DNA of 64,000 nt, from the NCBI GenBank assembly GCA_964571845.1, contig CAZNDM010000087.1:16376-80375 (forward strand). The letters are read 5' to 3'. Under the pieces are notes generated by a model that did not search any database, was not told where the DNA came from, and was given only the letters and a program-made list of their open reading frames with translations. Both the position numbers and the translations under genes were made by a program. Shown here piece by piece: positions 18,349 through 27,814 of the stretch. How positions within the stretch are numbered: position 1 is the first letter of the stretch; the number at the start of each line of letters is the position of its first letter. This DNA comes from an uncultured bacterium. Lineage in GTDB: Bacteria; Hydrothermota; Hydrothermia; B15-G9; WFZT01.

Positions 18349-19060
18349 CATTGTATATGGCAGGAATCCCGTTTTTGAGCTCATAAAAACTCAGCCAGAA
18401 AAGATCCAGAAAATCTACATTCAGAAGGGAATAAGGATAGACCGTAAAATCTGGAGGCTGATTCAGGATCTAAAGATCCCGGTGAGTCAGGTATCGAGGG
18501 AAAAACTCACCCAGCTTGCGGGAAATCATCATCAGGGAATAGCTGCAAGGATAATGCCTGTTGAACCTGTGCACTACAGAAAAATTATTGAGGATGTCGT
18601 TTCCAGAAAAGGTATTTTAACTGTAATCGACCGGGTTGAGGACCCGGGGAATCTTGGTAACATCATTCGAACAGCTGAAGTTCTCGGAGCCCAGGGCATA
18701 GTTATCCCTGGCAGAAGGAGTGCACCTCTGAGTGAGGCGGTCGTAAAAGCCTCGGCGGGAGCTATTTTTCACATACCCATTTCGATTATCTCCAGTGTCG
18801 GAAACTTTCTTAAGGAATTTAAAAAGGCAGGGGGTTTTGTCGTGTCCATAGAAATTGGTGGTGAAAATATTTTCGATTTTGACTTTCCATTTCCTCTTGC
18901 ACTCGTGATCGGCGGCGAGGATCAGGGAGTGAGTCGTCTCGCCCTTAAAGAGAGCGATTTTGTCGTAAGCATTCCGATGAAGGGGAAGACGGGATCACTC
19001 AACGCATCGAGTGCATTCGCCATTGCCCTCGCTTTTGCCGTTAGATCAAAAAAATCCTGA
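18332..19060 (+). CDS. rlmB: 23S rRNA (guanosine-2'-O)-methyltransferase RlmB (SpoU/TrmH family)
   Basis: RNA 2'-O-ribose methyltransferase motifs (DRVEDPGNLGNIIRTAEVLG, LVIGGEDQGVS, GKTGSLNASSAFAIAL) preceded by a substrate-binding N-domain. Confidence 0.8.
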   Translation: MKTFPDIVYGRNPVFELIKTQPEKIQKIYIQKGIRIDRKIWRLIQDLKIPVSQVSREKLTQLAGNHHQGIAARIMPVEPVHYRKIIEDVVSRKGILTVIDRVEDPGNLGNIIRTAEVLGAQGIVIPGRRSAPLSEAVVKASAGAIFHIPISIISSVGNFLKEFKKAGGFVVSIEIGGENIFDFDFPFPLALVIGGEDQGVSRLALKESDFVVSIPMKGKTGSLNASSAFAIALAFAVRSKKS

Positions 19061-19158
19061 ATCCCCGGTTCAAAAAGCTTGTAAATTTTCAGGGTCACCA
19101 CGGTACCAAAAAATTATCCAAAAGTCTGGAATACCGTTATGGGAGTTTGACCGTGCTA

Positions 19159-19187
19159 TTTACAGGGATTAGGCTGAATTTTATAAT
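19159..19187 (+). promoter_or_regulatory. Sigma-70-like promoter TTTACA, 17-nt spacer, TATAAT, ending 7 nt before the psiE ATG and suggesting a leaderless mRNA
   Basis: TTTACA at 19159-19164, a 17-nt spacer, and TATAAT at 19182-19187. The psiE ATG is at 19195, positions verified by hand. Confidence 0.45.
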
Positions 19188-19194
19188 TTTATCG

Positions 19195-19647
19195 ATGAAA
19201 AGGATTGTAAGAGTACTTGAGATCTTCGATGACATAGTTTACACGGCAATCTCCGGATTTCTCATCCTCATATCCATCACCATCTTCTCCTACGCCTTCG
19301 TTAACTTCCTCATAGGGCTTTTTCAGCACACCTCTGTGGTCCATCTAACGCTGAAAGTCCTTGAGGATATGCTTCTTATTCTCATTCTTCTTGAGATCAT
19401 CTGGCTCGTTTTGAATTATCTCAAATCTCGCACCCTGACGGTGGAACCATTCCTCTTCATAGGCATTATTTCTGGTGTCAGAAAGATCCTGATTATAGGC
19501 GCACACTCGGTGGAAGAGATAAGTCTCGACAAAATCAAGATATATGAATTTGAGACCATCATCTCCCTGATTGTTGTGGTTGCCCTCGTTGTTTCCCTTT
19601 ACCTGATACGAAAGAGTCGCAGTCTTTATCTCCAGAAAAGGGATTGA
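19195..19647 (+). CDS. psiE: Phosphate-starvation-inducible PsiE-family membrane protein
   Basis: The protein begins MKRIVRVLEIFDDIVYTAISGFLILI and has four hydrophobic helices, the PsiE pattern. The track start at 19147 is a TTG lying inside the promoter. Confidence 0.6.
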   Translation: MKRIVRVLEIFDDIVYTAISGFLILISITIFSYAFVNFLIGLFQHTSVVHLTLKVLEDMLLILILLEIIWLVLNYLKSRTLTVEPFLFIGIISGVRKILIIGAHSVEEISLDKIKIYEFETIISLIVVVALVVSLYLIRKSRSLYLQKRD

Positions 19648-19650
19648 TAA

Positions 19651-20478
19651 ATGTCTGAAGAAATCCACAGAGAAATCCTGAAACTTTACGAGGAAGGCGG
19701 GGAAGGGGTACTCATCACTGTAATTGAAAAAATAGGCTCAGGTCCAGCAACAGTCGGTAAAAAACTACTTTTAACCCACGACGGTAAAAAGATCGGGACT
19801 GTCGGAGGCGGCTCACTTGAAACTCTTGCCATCCAGAAAGCCCGTGAATTCATGAAAAAGAGAGAATCCGGAATCATTACATTTGCCCTTGATGAGGATT
19901 TTACTGCGAGAGAGAAGCTTCCTACAGGACTCATCTGCGGTGGGGAGGCAAGGCTGTTCTTTGAATACATAGGACCCCTTCTGAGACTTTACATCTTTGG
20001 GGCAGGCCATGTCGGCCGTGCAATCGCTGAATATGCGAGAAACCTGAAGTATTTCGTCACGGTCGTTGACAGCAGAAAGGAAGTTCTGAACGGTATTACT
20101 GCTACGAAAGTTATCCATTCACGATACGACACAGTATTTAAAGACGATCCCCCACCGGACGGAGGTTTCTTCGTCATCACCACCCATTCTCACATCCTTG
20201 ATCTCCAGATTCTGAGAAGGGTTTTTGACTGGAAACCTTCCTATGTCGGGATTCTCGCATCGCGAAACAAGGGAGAAACTCTTCTCAATGCTCTTTACGA
20301 GGAAATCGGGGACAGAATTAACTGGGATGTTATCTACACACCCATGGGGCTGGACATTGGCGGCAATTCACCCCACGAAATCGCAATATCAGTCCTTGCC
20401 GAAATTCAGGCAATTCGAAACGGGAAGGTCCCTGTAAAACACAAGCGTCAGCTGTTCCAACCGCTCCATAAGAAATGA
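19651..20478 (+). CDS. xdhC: XdhC/CoxI-family molybdoenzyme maturation factor
   Basis: 275 aa. XdhC_CoxI N-domain followed by a Rossmann-like XdhC_C domain (LYIFGAGHVGRAIAEYARNL). Confidence 0.75.
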   Translation: MSEEIHREILKLYEEGGEGVLITVIEKIGSGPATVGKKLLLTHDGKKIGTVGGGSLETLAIQKAREFMKKRESGIITFALDEDFTAREKLPTGLICGGEARLFFEYIGPLLRLYIFGAGHVGRAIAEYARNLKYFVTVVDSRKEVLNGITATKVIHSRYDTVFKDDPPPDGGFFVITTHSHILDLQILRRVFDWKPSYVGILASRNKGETLLNALYEEIGDRINWDVIYTPMGLDIGGNSPHEIAISVLAEIQAIRNGKVPVKHKRQLFQPLHKK

Positions 20479-21116
20479 TCGGCGGAATCGTCCCTGTGGC
20501 AGGTATCTCCAGCAGGATGGGTAGATGGAAGCCCGGAATTGATATTGGCGGAAAACCTCTCATCCTGAGGACAATTGATCCACTCATGAAAACCGCGGAT
20601 CTGATCGTGATTGTGGGTGGCTACAGATTCACTGATCTGCTCCGGATTCTGGAAAACGCTTTTAGCTGCCATTCTAAGTTACAGGCTGTTCCGGGAACCT
20701 CCACGATTTTATTTGAAAAATCGTGCGGAGACAAAAGTCTCCTCGTGGTCAAAAATTCCCGATACCACACAACAGACATGTTCCACTCCATCCGCCTGGG
20801 AGCAAAATTTCTGCCGGAAGACACAGAAAAATTCTTTATTCTTCCGGGAGATTATCCATTTCTGCAAAAAGAAACTTTTATCAGGTTACTCAATGTGGAT
20901 GCAGACATCGTGATCCCCTCATTTCAGGGCAAGAAGGGACATCCTGTTCTTTTAAAAGGGGACCTGCTCGAAGACCTGAAAAACTTCTCTGACGGTAATT
21001 TGAGGGATTTCACGAAAAAGTTTAAAATTGAGCTGGTTGAGGTAAACGATCCCGGAATTATCAGGGATACAGATACACCGGAGGATCTCGAATGGCAGAA
21101 ATTTCAAAGCCGGTAA
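20475..21116 (+). CDS. mocA: MobA-like NTP transferase, probably molybdenum cofactor cytidylyltransferase MocA
   Basis: 213 aa. The N-terminal GIVPVAGISSRMG nucleotide-binding loop and the sequence overall are MobA/MocA-like. It overlaps xdhC by 4 nt. Confidence 0.7.
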   Translation: MIGGIVPVAGISSRMGRWKPGIDIGGKPLILRTIDPLMKTADLIVIVGGYRFTDLLRILENAFSCHSKLQAVPGTSTILFEKSCGDKSLLVVKNSRYHTTDMFHSIRLGAKFLPEDTEKFFILPGDYPFLQKETFIRLLNVDADIVIPSFQGKKGHPVLLKGDLLEDLKNFSDGNLRDFTKKFKIELVEVNDPGIIRDTDTPEDLEWQKFQSR

Positions 21117-23248
21117 AGCGCGTGGACTTTGAGGAGAAAGTAACCGGAGCCGCTAAATTTGTCGCCGATGTGGATATTCCGGGAATGCTGACAGGAAAGC
21201 TCTTTTTGTCCACCAGGCCAAGGGCACGAATTGAAAATGTGATTTTTCCCGAAATTCCAGAAGGTTACTACATTTTCTCTCACAGGGACATACCGGGCTC
21301 AAACAGGCTGGAGATCGTCATTGACGACATGCCGTTTCTTGCCGAAGATGAAGTCAACTATTTTGGCCAGCCTGTTTTTCTTGTCGTAGGTGAAGACCCT
21401 CAAAAAGTTGAAGAAATCCGAAACTCAATAAAGGTTGAATACAGAGACATCCCCCCAATTCTGAGCATAGAGGATGCCGAATCGGGTCGTTTTCCACCAG
21501 TTTATGGCGACAATAATGTTTTTGCGGATTATTCTTTTTCAAAAGGAGATCCGGATCGCGCCTTTAGCGAAGCCGATGAAATCGTTGAGGAGGTTTACAG
21601 AACCGGTTATCAGGAACATGTTTATCTCGAAACACAGGGTGTGGTCGCTACATTTGAGGATGGGATACTCACTGTATTTGGATCAATGCAGTGCCCCTTT
21701 TATGTAAAGGACGCTGTTTTACGAATCACAGGGTTAACTGAAGAAAAGGTCAGGGTGATCCAGTCTCCAACAGGCGGGGGTTTTGGCGGTAAGGAGGACT
21801 TCCCTTCCCTAATCGGTGGTCTTGCAGCGCTCGCTACGCTCAAAACGGGTAAGCCCGTTAAAATCCTTTTGAACAGAGAGGAAGACATTGTTGCAACGAC
21901 CAAAAGGCACCCATCAATCTTGAAATACCGAACTGCGATAAAAAATGGCAGGATAATCGCAATTGACATCGATGTGAAACTCGACGGGGGAGCCTATGCC
22001 ACTCTTTCAGCGATTGTTTTAATGAGAGCAGTGATTGCTGCCACAGGAATTTACCGATTCCCAAATCTGAGGGTCAGAGGCAGGGCTTTTGCGACGAACA
22101 AACCGCCTTCCAGTGCATTCAGAGGGTTCGGTGCTCCTCAGGTCTTCTTTGGCATTGAAATGCACATGAATTCTCTATCCGAAAAACTGGGTTACAACCC
22201 GATGGAATTCAAGAAATTGTACGCGCTCAGAAAAGGTGATACTACGTCAACTGGAGGCACGATGCGGTCTGAAGTTAAAGTGCCTGAAATGATCGATCTT
22301 ATTGATAGAATGTCAAACTTTCGAGAAAAGTACACTCACTATAGACGCAGGAAGAAGTTTGACCTCAATGAGATAACAGATAAGCCTCTCAAAGGTATAG
22401 GATTTTCAATTTTCTTCCGAGGATGTGCACTTACAGGTAAGGGAGAGGACAAGGTAAAGGCAACTGCGGGTCTGAAAAAATACCCTGACGGTAGAGTTGA
22501 GATACTCGTCGCAAATACAGAGATAGGACAGGGGGCTCGCACGGCACTGACGAAGATCGTCTCAAGTATCCTAAACATACCGGCGGAAAAAGTTATTTAC
22601 AACTATCCAGACACATCGAGGGTGCCGGACTCGGGTCCGACAGTTGCATCCAGAACCACCATGGTGGTTGGTAAGCTTCTCGAAAAGGCAGCAAGGAAAA
22701 TGCTCGACATGTGGGACAGAAAACAGGAATTTGCAGTTTTTGAGACCTACACAAGACCAGAAGGGCTGAACTGGGATGAGAAAAATTTCAAAGGTGATCC
22801 TTACCTTGACTATTCATGGGGCGCCAATGTGGCTGAAGTTGAAATTGATCCCCTGACATTTGAAGTCAGAGTAAAGAAAATATGGGCAGTTTACGATATT
22901 GGGGTCCCAATTGACGAGAGGATGATGAGAGGTCAGATTGAAGGAGGTATCGCCCAGGGTCTGGGTTATGCCACTCTCGAGGTTCTCGAATTCAAAAACG
23001 GGGTTCCCATGCAAAAAAGTCTAACAGACTACATCATACCGACAAGCCTTGATGTTCCTGAAATAGAGAGCAGGGTAATCGAAAATCCATCGAGGCTTGG
23101 TCCATACGGTGCAAAATGTGCAGGCGAAGTGCCATTTGTTGGAGTTGCTCCTGCAATCGCTGCTGCAATCTCCCTTGCCATCGGCAAAAATATCAATAAG
23201 ATACCCGCAACACCTGAATACATTCTGGAGGTGCTGAGTGAAGATTAA
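21092..23248 (+). CDS. Xanthine dehydrogenase/aldehyde oxidase family molybdopterin-binding large subunit
   Basis: 718 aa. a/b-hammerhead N-domain and a MoCo-binding domain (GGGFGGKE, and a C-terminal active-site Glu region AKCAGEVP). It overlaps mocA by 25 nt. Confidence 0.8.
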   Translation: MAEISKPVKRVDFEEKVTGAAKFVADVDIPGMLTGKLFLSTRPRARIENVIFPEIPEGYYIFSHRDIPGSNRLEIVIDDMPFLAEDEVNYFGQPVFLVVGEDPQKVEEIRNSIKVEYRDIPPILSIEDAESGRFPPVYGDNNVFADYSFSKGDPDRAFSEADEIVEEVYRTGYQEHVYLETQGVVATFEDGILTVFGSMQCPFYVKDAVLRITGLTEEKVRVIQSPTGGGFGGKEDFPSLIGGLAALATLKTGKPVKILLNREEDIVATTKRHPSILKYRTAIKNGRIIAIDIDVKLDGGAYATLSAIVLMRAVIAATGIYRFPNLRVRGRAFATNKPPSSAFRGFGAPQVFFGIEMHMNSLSEKLGYNPMEFKKLYALRKGDTTSTGGTMRSEVKVPEMIDLIDRMSNFREKYTHYRRRKKFDLNEITDKPLKGIGFSIFFRGCALTGKGEDKVKATAGLKKYPDGRVEILVANTEIGQGARTALTKIVSSILNIPAEKVIYNYPDTSRVPDSGPTVASRTTMVVGKLLEKAARKMLDMWDRKQEFAVFETYTRPEGLNWDEKNFKGDPYLDYSWGANVAEVEIDPLTFEVRVKKIWAVYDIGVPIDERMMRGQIEGGIAQGLGYATLEVLEFKNGVPMQKSLTDYIIPTSLDVPEIESRVIENPSRLGPYGAKCAGEVPFVGVAPAIAAAISLAIGKNINKIPATPEYILEVLSED

Positions 23249-23696
23249 TTTTGTACTCAACGGAAAATCCGTAGAACTCGATTCCAGGCCCGACGCCAGA
23301 TTACTTGACATTTTGAGAGAAAAACTCGGGATAAAAAGTGTCAAAGAGGGGTGCGGAGAGGGCGAATGTGGTGCATGCGCGGTTATTCTCGATGGAAAAG
23401 TTGTCAATTCCTGCCTCGTCCCGGCAGTTGCAGTACACGGAAGCAGGATCACAACCCTTGAGGGCATCCTTGAAACCCCGGAGAACATGAGAATAAAAAG
23501 AGCCCTCGAAGAAGCGGGAGCTGTCCAGTGCGGATTCTGCACCCCCGGGATAGTTCTTGCAATATATACCTACTTGAAAAATGGGGGCACAGCAGATGAC
23601 ACTTCCATAAGGAAATACCTTGCCGGTAATCTTTGCAGATGCACAGGCTACAACATGATCATAGAAGCTGTGAAACTTGCCATTGAAAAGGGCTGA
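23238..23696 (+). CDS. (2Fe-2S)-binding small subunit of the xanthine dehydrogenase family (CoxS-like)
   Basis: 152 aa. Plant-ferredoxin-like CGEGECGAC cluster and a second CGFCTPG...CRCTGY cluster. Confidence 0.85.
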   Translation: MKINFVLNGKSVELDSRPDARLLDILREKLGIKSVKEGCGEGECGACAVILDGKVVNSCLVPAVAVHGSRITTLEGILETPENMRIKRALEEAGAVQCGFCTPGIVLAIYTYLKNGGTADDTSIRKYLAGNLCRCTGYNMIIEAVKLAIEKG

Positions 23697-23705
23697 TTGT
23701 ACTTT

Positions 23706-25103
23706 TCAGCTAATCTGACGGTTCAATTTTATCCATTCGATCGCCTTCTCTATCCTCCGGATACATTCATCCTTACCGATAACAGCCATCAGTTCAAAGA
23801 GTCCGGGACCAAAGGTCCTTCCTGTAACTGCGAGTCTTGTCGGATGTATCAACTTTGCTGCACTGATGCCGAGCTCCTCAGCAAGCGAGCGAACAGCACT
23901 CTCAATACTTTTTTCGTCAAAAGAATCGAGTTTTTTTAACCTCTCGACCAGCAAAGCCAATCTCTCTTCGACTCCCTCCTTAAAGTGCTTTCTCACACCC
24001 TTTTCGTCATACTTCTCGACATCCCTGAAAAAGTACTCTGAGAGCTCGACAAAGTCTTTGAGTAGCCTGACTCTTTCTTTCAGTAGTGGCACAACTTTTC
24101 TGAACTTTTCCCTGTCTCTGTCAGATTTTACCAGGCCCGCCTTTTCGACAAATGGCAGGGCGAGTTCATAAAGCTCCTCATCTGATTTCATCCTGATGTA
24201 TTCTGAATTTATCCAGTAGAGCTTATCAAGGTCAAAAACAGCCGCACGCTTGCCCACCCGCCTGAGATCAAAGAGCTTAATCATCTCTTCCTTTGACACA
24301 ATTTCCCTGTTTTCGCCCGGAGACCATCCAAGCAGAGCGAGAAAATTAAATAGCGCCTCCGGGAGAATCCCGATGTCGCGGTACTCAAGCACTGATGTGG
24401 CACCGTGACGCTTGGAAAGCCGTTTTTTGTCCGGTCCGAGGATCATGGGCAAGTGAGCGAACTCCGGAACATCCCAGCCAAACGCCCTGTAGATAAGAAT
24501 TTGCTTGGGTGTGTTGGATATGTGGTCTTCACCCCTTATGACATGGGTTATTCCCATGTAGTGGTCATCAACGACAACGGCAAAGTTGTAAGTTGGTATG
24601 CCATCAGATCTTACTATGACAAAATCCCCGATGTCTCTGTTGCGAAAACTTATGTGTCCTCTGATTATGTCGTCAAACTCTGTTGTCCCTTCATCCGGGA
24701 CGCGGAACTTTATGGCAAGAGGTTTGTCACTGTACTTTTCAGGATCAACTTCATAGCATTCCACGCCGCCACCCTCTTTCTCCAGTTCCTCTGGCGGTGT
24801 ATAGCAAAAATAGGCAAGTCCCTTATCAACAAGCTCCATCGCGTATTTTCTGTAAATCTCAAGTCTATCAAGCTGGTAAACTATATCCTCATCCCAGTTG
24901 AGACCGAGCCAGAGCATAGCCTCTTTGATGTACTCCTCCATCTCCTTGCTGGATCTTTTTACATCAGTGTTCTCAATCCTGAGCAGAAACTTTCCGCCTT
25001 TGTTGCGTGCAAAAAGCCAGTTATACAGGGCTGTCCTCGCACCACCGACATGCAAATATCCCGTTGGAGATGGTGCAAATCTTACACGAACTTCCTTTCC
25101 CAT
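23706..25103 (-). CDS. gltX: Glutamate--tRNA ligase
   Basis: Class I HIGH (FAPSPTGYLHVGGA) and KMSKS-type (KLSKR) motifs. The ATG at 25101-25103 is verified, with a GAGGAGG ribosome-binding site. The track start at 25118 is a TTG that overlaps the stop of the upstream kinase-helicase gene. Confidence 0.9.
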   Translation of the reverse strand: MGKEVRVRFAPSPTGYLHVGGARTALYNWLFARNKGGKFLLRIENTDVKRSSKEMEEYIKEAMLWLGLNWDEDIVYQLDRLEIYRKYAMELVDKGLAYFCYTPPEELEKEGGGVECYEVDPEKYSDKPLAIKFRVPDEGTTEFDDIIRGHISFRNRDIGDFVIVRSDGIPTYNFAVVVDDHYMGITHVIRGEDHISNTPKQILIYRAFGWDVPEFAHLPMILGPDKKRLSKRHGATSVLEYRDIGILPEALFNFLALLGWSPGENREIVSKEEMIKLFDLRRVGKRAAVFDLDKLYWINSEYIRMKSDEELYELALPFVEKAGLVKSDRDREKFRKVVPLLKERVRLLKDFVELSEYFFRDVEKYDEKGVRKHFKEGVEERLALLVERLKKLDSFDEKSIESAVRSLAEELGISAAKLIHPTRLAVTGRTFGPGLFELMAVIGKDECIRRIEKAIEWIKLNRQIS

Positions 25104-25114
25104 TTTTGTCCTCC

Positions 25115-27805
25115 TCAAGTGTTTCTCTCTTCTCTTACATACATTTCGTAAAGGAACCTTGAAGGCTCCTGATAGTACCTGAATCTCTTCTTGGGGTAAG
25201 TAAGGTAAAGGGTCTCAGAAGCCCTTGTCAAAGCCACATAGCATAGTCTCCTCTCTTCTTCAAGTCCTGATTTTTCAGCGACTGATCTGAAGAGCGGAAA
25301 AACTCCCTCCACGAGTCCCACAAGGAACACGACCGGGAATTCAAGACCTTTTGCCTGGTGGATTGTGATAATCTGGACGCCTCCGACTGACCGGAATTCC
25401 TCTCCAAGATGCTGCATCATCGCCACATGACTCAAAAATTCCCTTACTTCGCCTTTTTTAAAAGATCCTGCAATACCAAGAAGCTCGTTTATGTTGTCCT
25501 TCTCCACGAGTCTCGACGGAGTGTCCTTCTCTTCAAGATACTTCATGTAACCCGTAACATCATAAACTTCCTCAAGGAGCTCCTGTGGAGAGCGCACCCT
25601 CAACTGTTCCGGTGTAAAAGAATTGAGATACTCCCAGAATCTCTCAAGAGTTTTGAGCTGTTCCTCTGTAAACTTCTTTGAAAATGTGGGTTTCCCGGTC
25701 TTTGAAAAATACCTGACAGCCGTTTTTGCGTCCTTCGGATGCCATCTGAGGAATTTTATCAACATACTCTGCAGATCAGAGGCGGACCCTTTGCCTGTGA
25801 GGAATTTTAAAAAGCCAATTGAAGCCTTTATCTCTTCCCTCTCATAAAAGCCGCCGATACCAAGAACATTAAACGGAATTTTCTTTTTGCTAAAAACTTC
25901 CTCAAACGGGCGCGAAAGTGAGTTTAATCGGATAAGCACAGCAATGTCATCAAAGCTCCTCCCCCTTTCCCGCTCTTCGAGGATCTTCTCGGCAACAAAC
26001 TCCGCCTCGTCTATCTCATTTCTTGCAGCGTAAAACTTTATGGACTCCTGTCCGGACTCCCTGAGGGGTATTACAAGCTTGTCTATGCGGTCCTCATTAT
26101 GAGAAATTAAAGTATTTGCCACATTCAGGATCTCATCCGGGGAGCGGAAGTTCTGGGTCAACCTTACTTCTCTATGATCTGGATAATACTTCCTGAAATC
26201 CATGAGGAATTTACTCGACGCTCCCCGAAATCCGTAGATCGATTGATCGTCGTCACCTGTAACAAACAGGTTTTTATGCCTTGAAGATAGTATCTGCATC
26301 AGCACAAATTGTCCCCTATTTATGTCCTGAAATTCGTCAACGAGGATGTACCGGAATCTCTCGCTAAAAAGCTCTTTGATGTCATCGTACTGCCTCAGAA
26401 GTCTCACTGACAGAAAGATAAGATCATCGAGATCGATAAAACCGTTAAAGAAGAGTTCTTTCTGGTACTTTTCATAGGCTTCAGCGACTTCCCGTCGCCA
26501 CTTGTGTTTCACATGTTCGAGCAAGTATTCCGGAGAAATGAGGTTCCCCTTGTATCTCGAAATTTCTCTCAAAATGGCACGAGCCTTTTCTTTTGACCTT
26601 ATACCCGTTGCCTTTTCAAAAAGCTCTTCCTGAGCATCCCGGGTTATGAGCTGGAATTCCGGTGGGTATCCCAGCCTTTCGATACCGTATGAGACTATTT
26701 TTCGCCCGAGATAATGGAATGTCCCCGTCCACAAATTTTTTGTGTTTCCCTCACCAATCAATTTTTCCACTCTGTCTTTCATTTCACCTGCAGCTTTACC
26801 TGTAAAGGTTACGGCAAGGATGTTTTCCGGTGGCACACCTTTCTCGTGGATCAGGTAGGCAATCCTGTGGACAAGTGTGGTCGTCTTACCTGTCCCCGCT
26901 CCACCGATGAGGAGAAAGTAACCGTCCCCGTTGACAACAGCTTCCCGCTGTTCTTCTGTGAGACCTTCGAGAATAGGTGAGGACTTTTTTCTGACATGGA
27001 CTGTCTTCAGTGAAAGCTCACCCCCGCCTTTTCGGACATAATCCTGCAATGCCTGCTTCATCTCTGAGGCAGTCCTGTATCTCTCTGAGGGCACCTTCCT
27101 CAAAGCTTTTTTTATTATCTCAAATAACTGGGGGGTCATCCTCGCGGGTTTTTTTAACTTCCCTTTGAATATCTGATTTCTCAAGTCCTCAATGGTTTCT
27201 GCGAAAAATGGAGGGTAGCCGGCAATAAGTTCGTAAAGAACGCAGGCAACGGACCAGATATCTGACTCTTTCCTCATCTTTCCACTCCAGGCTTCTGGTG
27301 CCATGTAGATAGGGGTACCTGCCATGGAGAAACTCAAACTGCTCGAGAGTATAACCGCAAGTCCAAAATCTGTGAGCTTTACCTCCCCGTCTTTTGTTAT
27401 CATTATGTTTTCGGGCTTTATATCCCTGTGAAGCACACCCCGCGAATGGGCATAGGATAAAGCTTCAAGAACATCGTTGATAATGGAAATTGCGCGGGTC
27501 TCATCAATTGGAGCCTCATTTTCAATCACATCTCTTAAGGACTGACCATCAACATACTCCATGACAATGGCAAGTTTACCTTCAATAAGCTCGGCAGTGT
27601 AAAATCTGACGATATTCGGGTGTTCAAGAGAGGCGAGGAGTTGAGCCTCTCTTTTGAGCATTTCTATGTCCCGCTCACGGGTTCTTGAGACCTTCAGTGC
27701 AAATTTTTTCTCCGTTATTGTGTCAAAAACGAGAAAAACATCGGCAAACTGCCCCCCTCCTATCCAGGATTCAACCCTGTATTTGCCGAGATTCTTTCTT
27801 ATCAT
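25115..27805 (-). CDS. Fusion protein: N-terminal Hanks-type Ser/Thr protein kinase domain and C-terminal UvrD/PcrA-like superfamily-1 DNA helicase
   Basis: 896 aa. Kinase motifs sit in residues about 1-265: glycine loop WIGGGQFADV, VAIK-like ALKV, HRDIKPEN, DFGLA and the APE loop GTPIYMAPE. Helicase motifs sit in residues about 285-896: Walker A GGAGTGKTTTL, motifs II-VI (LVDEFQD, FVTGDDDQSIY), and a UvrD C-terminus CYVALTRA. There is no transmembrane segment between the two domains. The ATG at 27803-27805 is verified. Confidence 0.8.
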   Translation of the reverse strand: MIRKNLGKYRVESWIGGGQFADVFLVFDTITEKKFALKVSRTRERDIEMLKREAQLLASLEHPNIVRFYTAELIEGKLAIVMEYVDGQSLRDVIENEAPIDETRAISIINDVLEALSYAHSRGVLHRDIKPENIMITKDGEVKLTDFGLAVILSSSLSFSMAGTPIYMAPEAWSGKMRKESDIWSVACVLYELIAGYPPFFAETIEDLRNQIFKGKLKKPARMTPQLFEIIKKALRKVPSERYRTASEMKQALQDYVRKGGGELSLKTVHVRKKSSPILEGLTEEQREAVVNGDGYFLLIGGAGTGKTTTLVHRIAYLIHEKGVPPENILAVTFTGKAAGEMKDRVEKLIGEGNTKNLWTGTFHYLGRKIVSYGIERLGYPPEFQLITRDAQEELFEKATGIRSKEKARAILREISRYKGNLISPEYLLEHVKHKWRREVAEAYEKYQKELFFNGFIDLDDLIFLSVRLLRQYDDIKELFSERFRYILVDEFQDINRGQFVLMQILSSRHKNLFVTGDDDQSIYGFRGASSKFLMDFRKYYPDHREVRLTQNFRSPDEILNVANTLISHNEDRIDKLVIPLRESGQESIKFYAARNEIDEAEFVAEKILEERERGRSFDDIAVLIRLNSLSRPFEEVFSKKKIPFNVLGIGGFYEREEIKASIGFLKFLTGKGSASDLQSMLIKFLRWHPKDAKTAVRYFSKTGKPTFSKKFTEEQLKTLERFWEYLNSFTPEQLRVRSPQELLEEVYDVTGYMKYLEEKDTPSRLVEKDNINELLGIAGSFKKGEVREFLSHVAMMQHLGEEFRSVGGVQIITIHQAKGLEFPVVFLVGLVEGVFPLFRSVAEKSGLEEERRLCYVALTRASETLYLTYPKKRFRYYQEPSRFLYEMYVREERNT

Positions 27806-27814
27806 GTGTTAAAA

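Noticed and set aside
23706-25118. ORF-track start of gltX at 25118, overlapping the upstream gene as ATGA
   Set aside because: The codon at 25116-25118 is a TTG. The ATG at 25101-25103 has a perfect GAGGAGG ribosome-binding site and yields the canonical GltX N-terminus (MGKEVRVRFAPSPTG).
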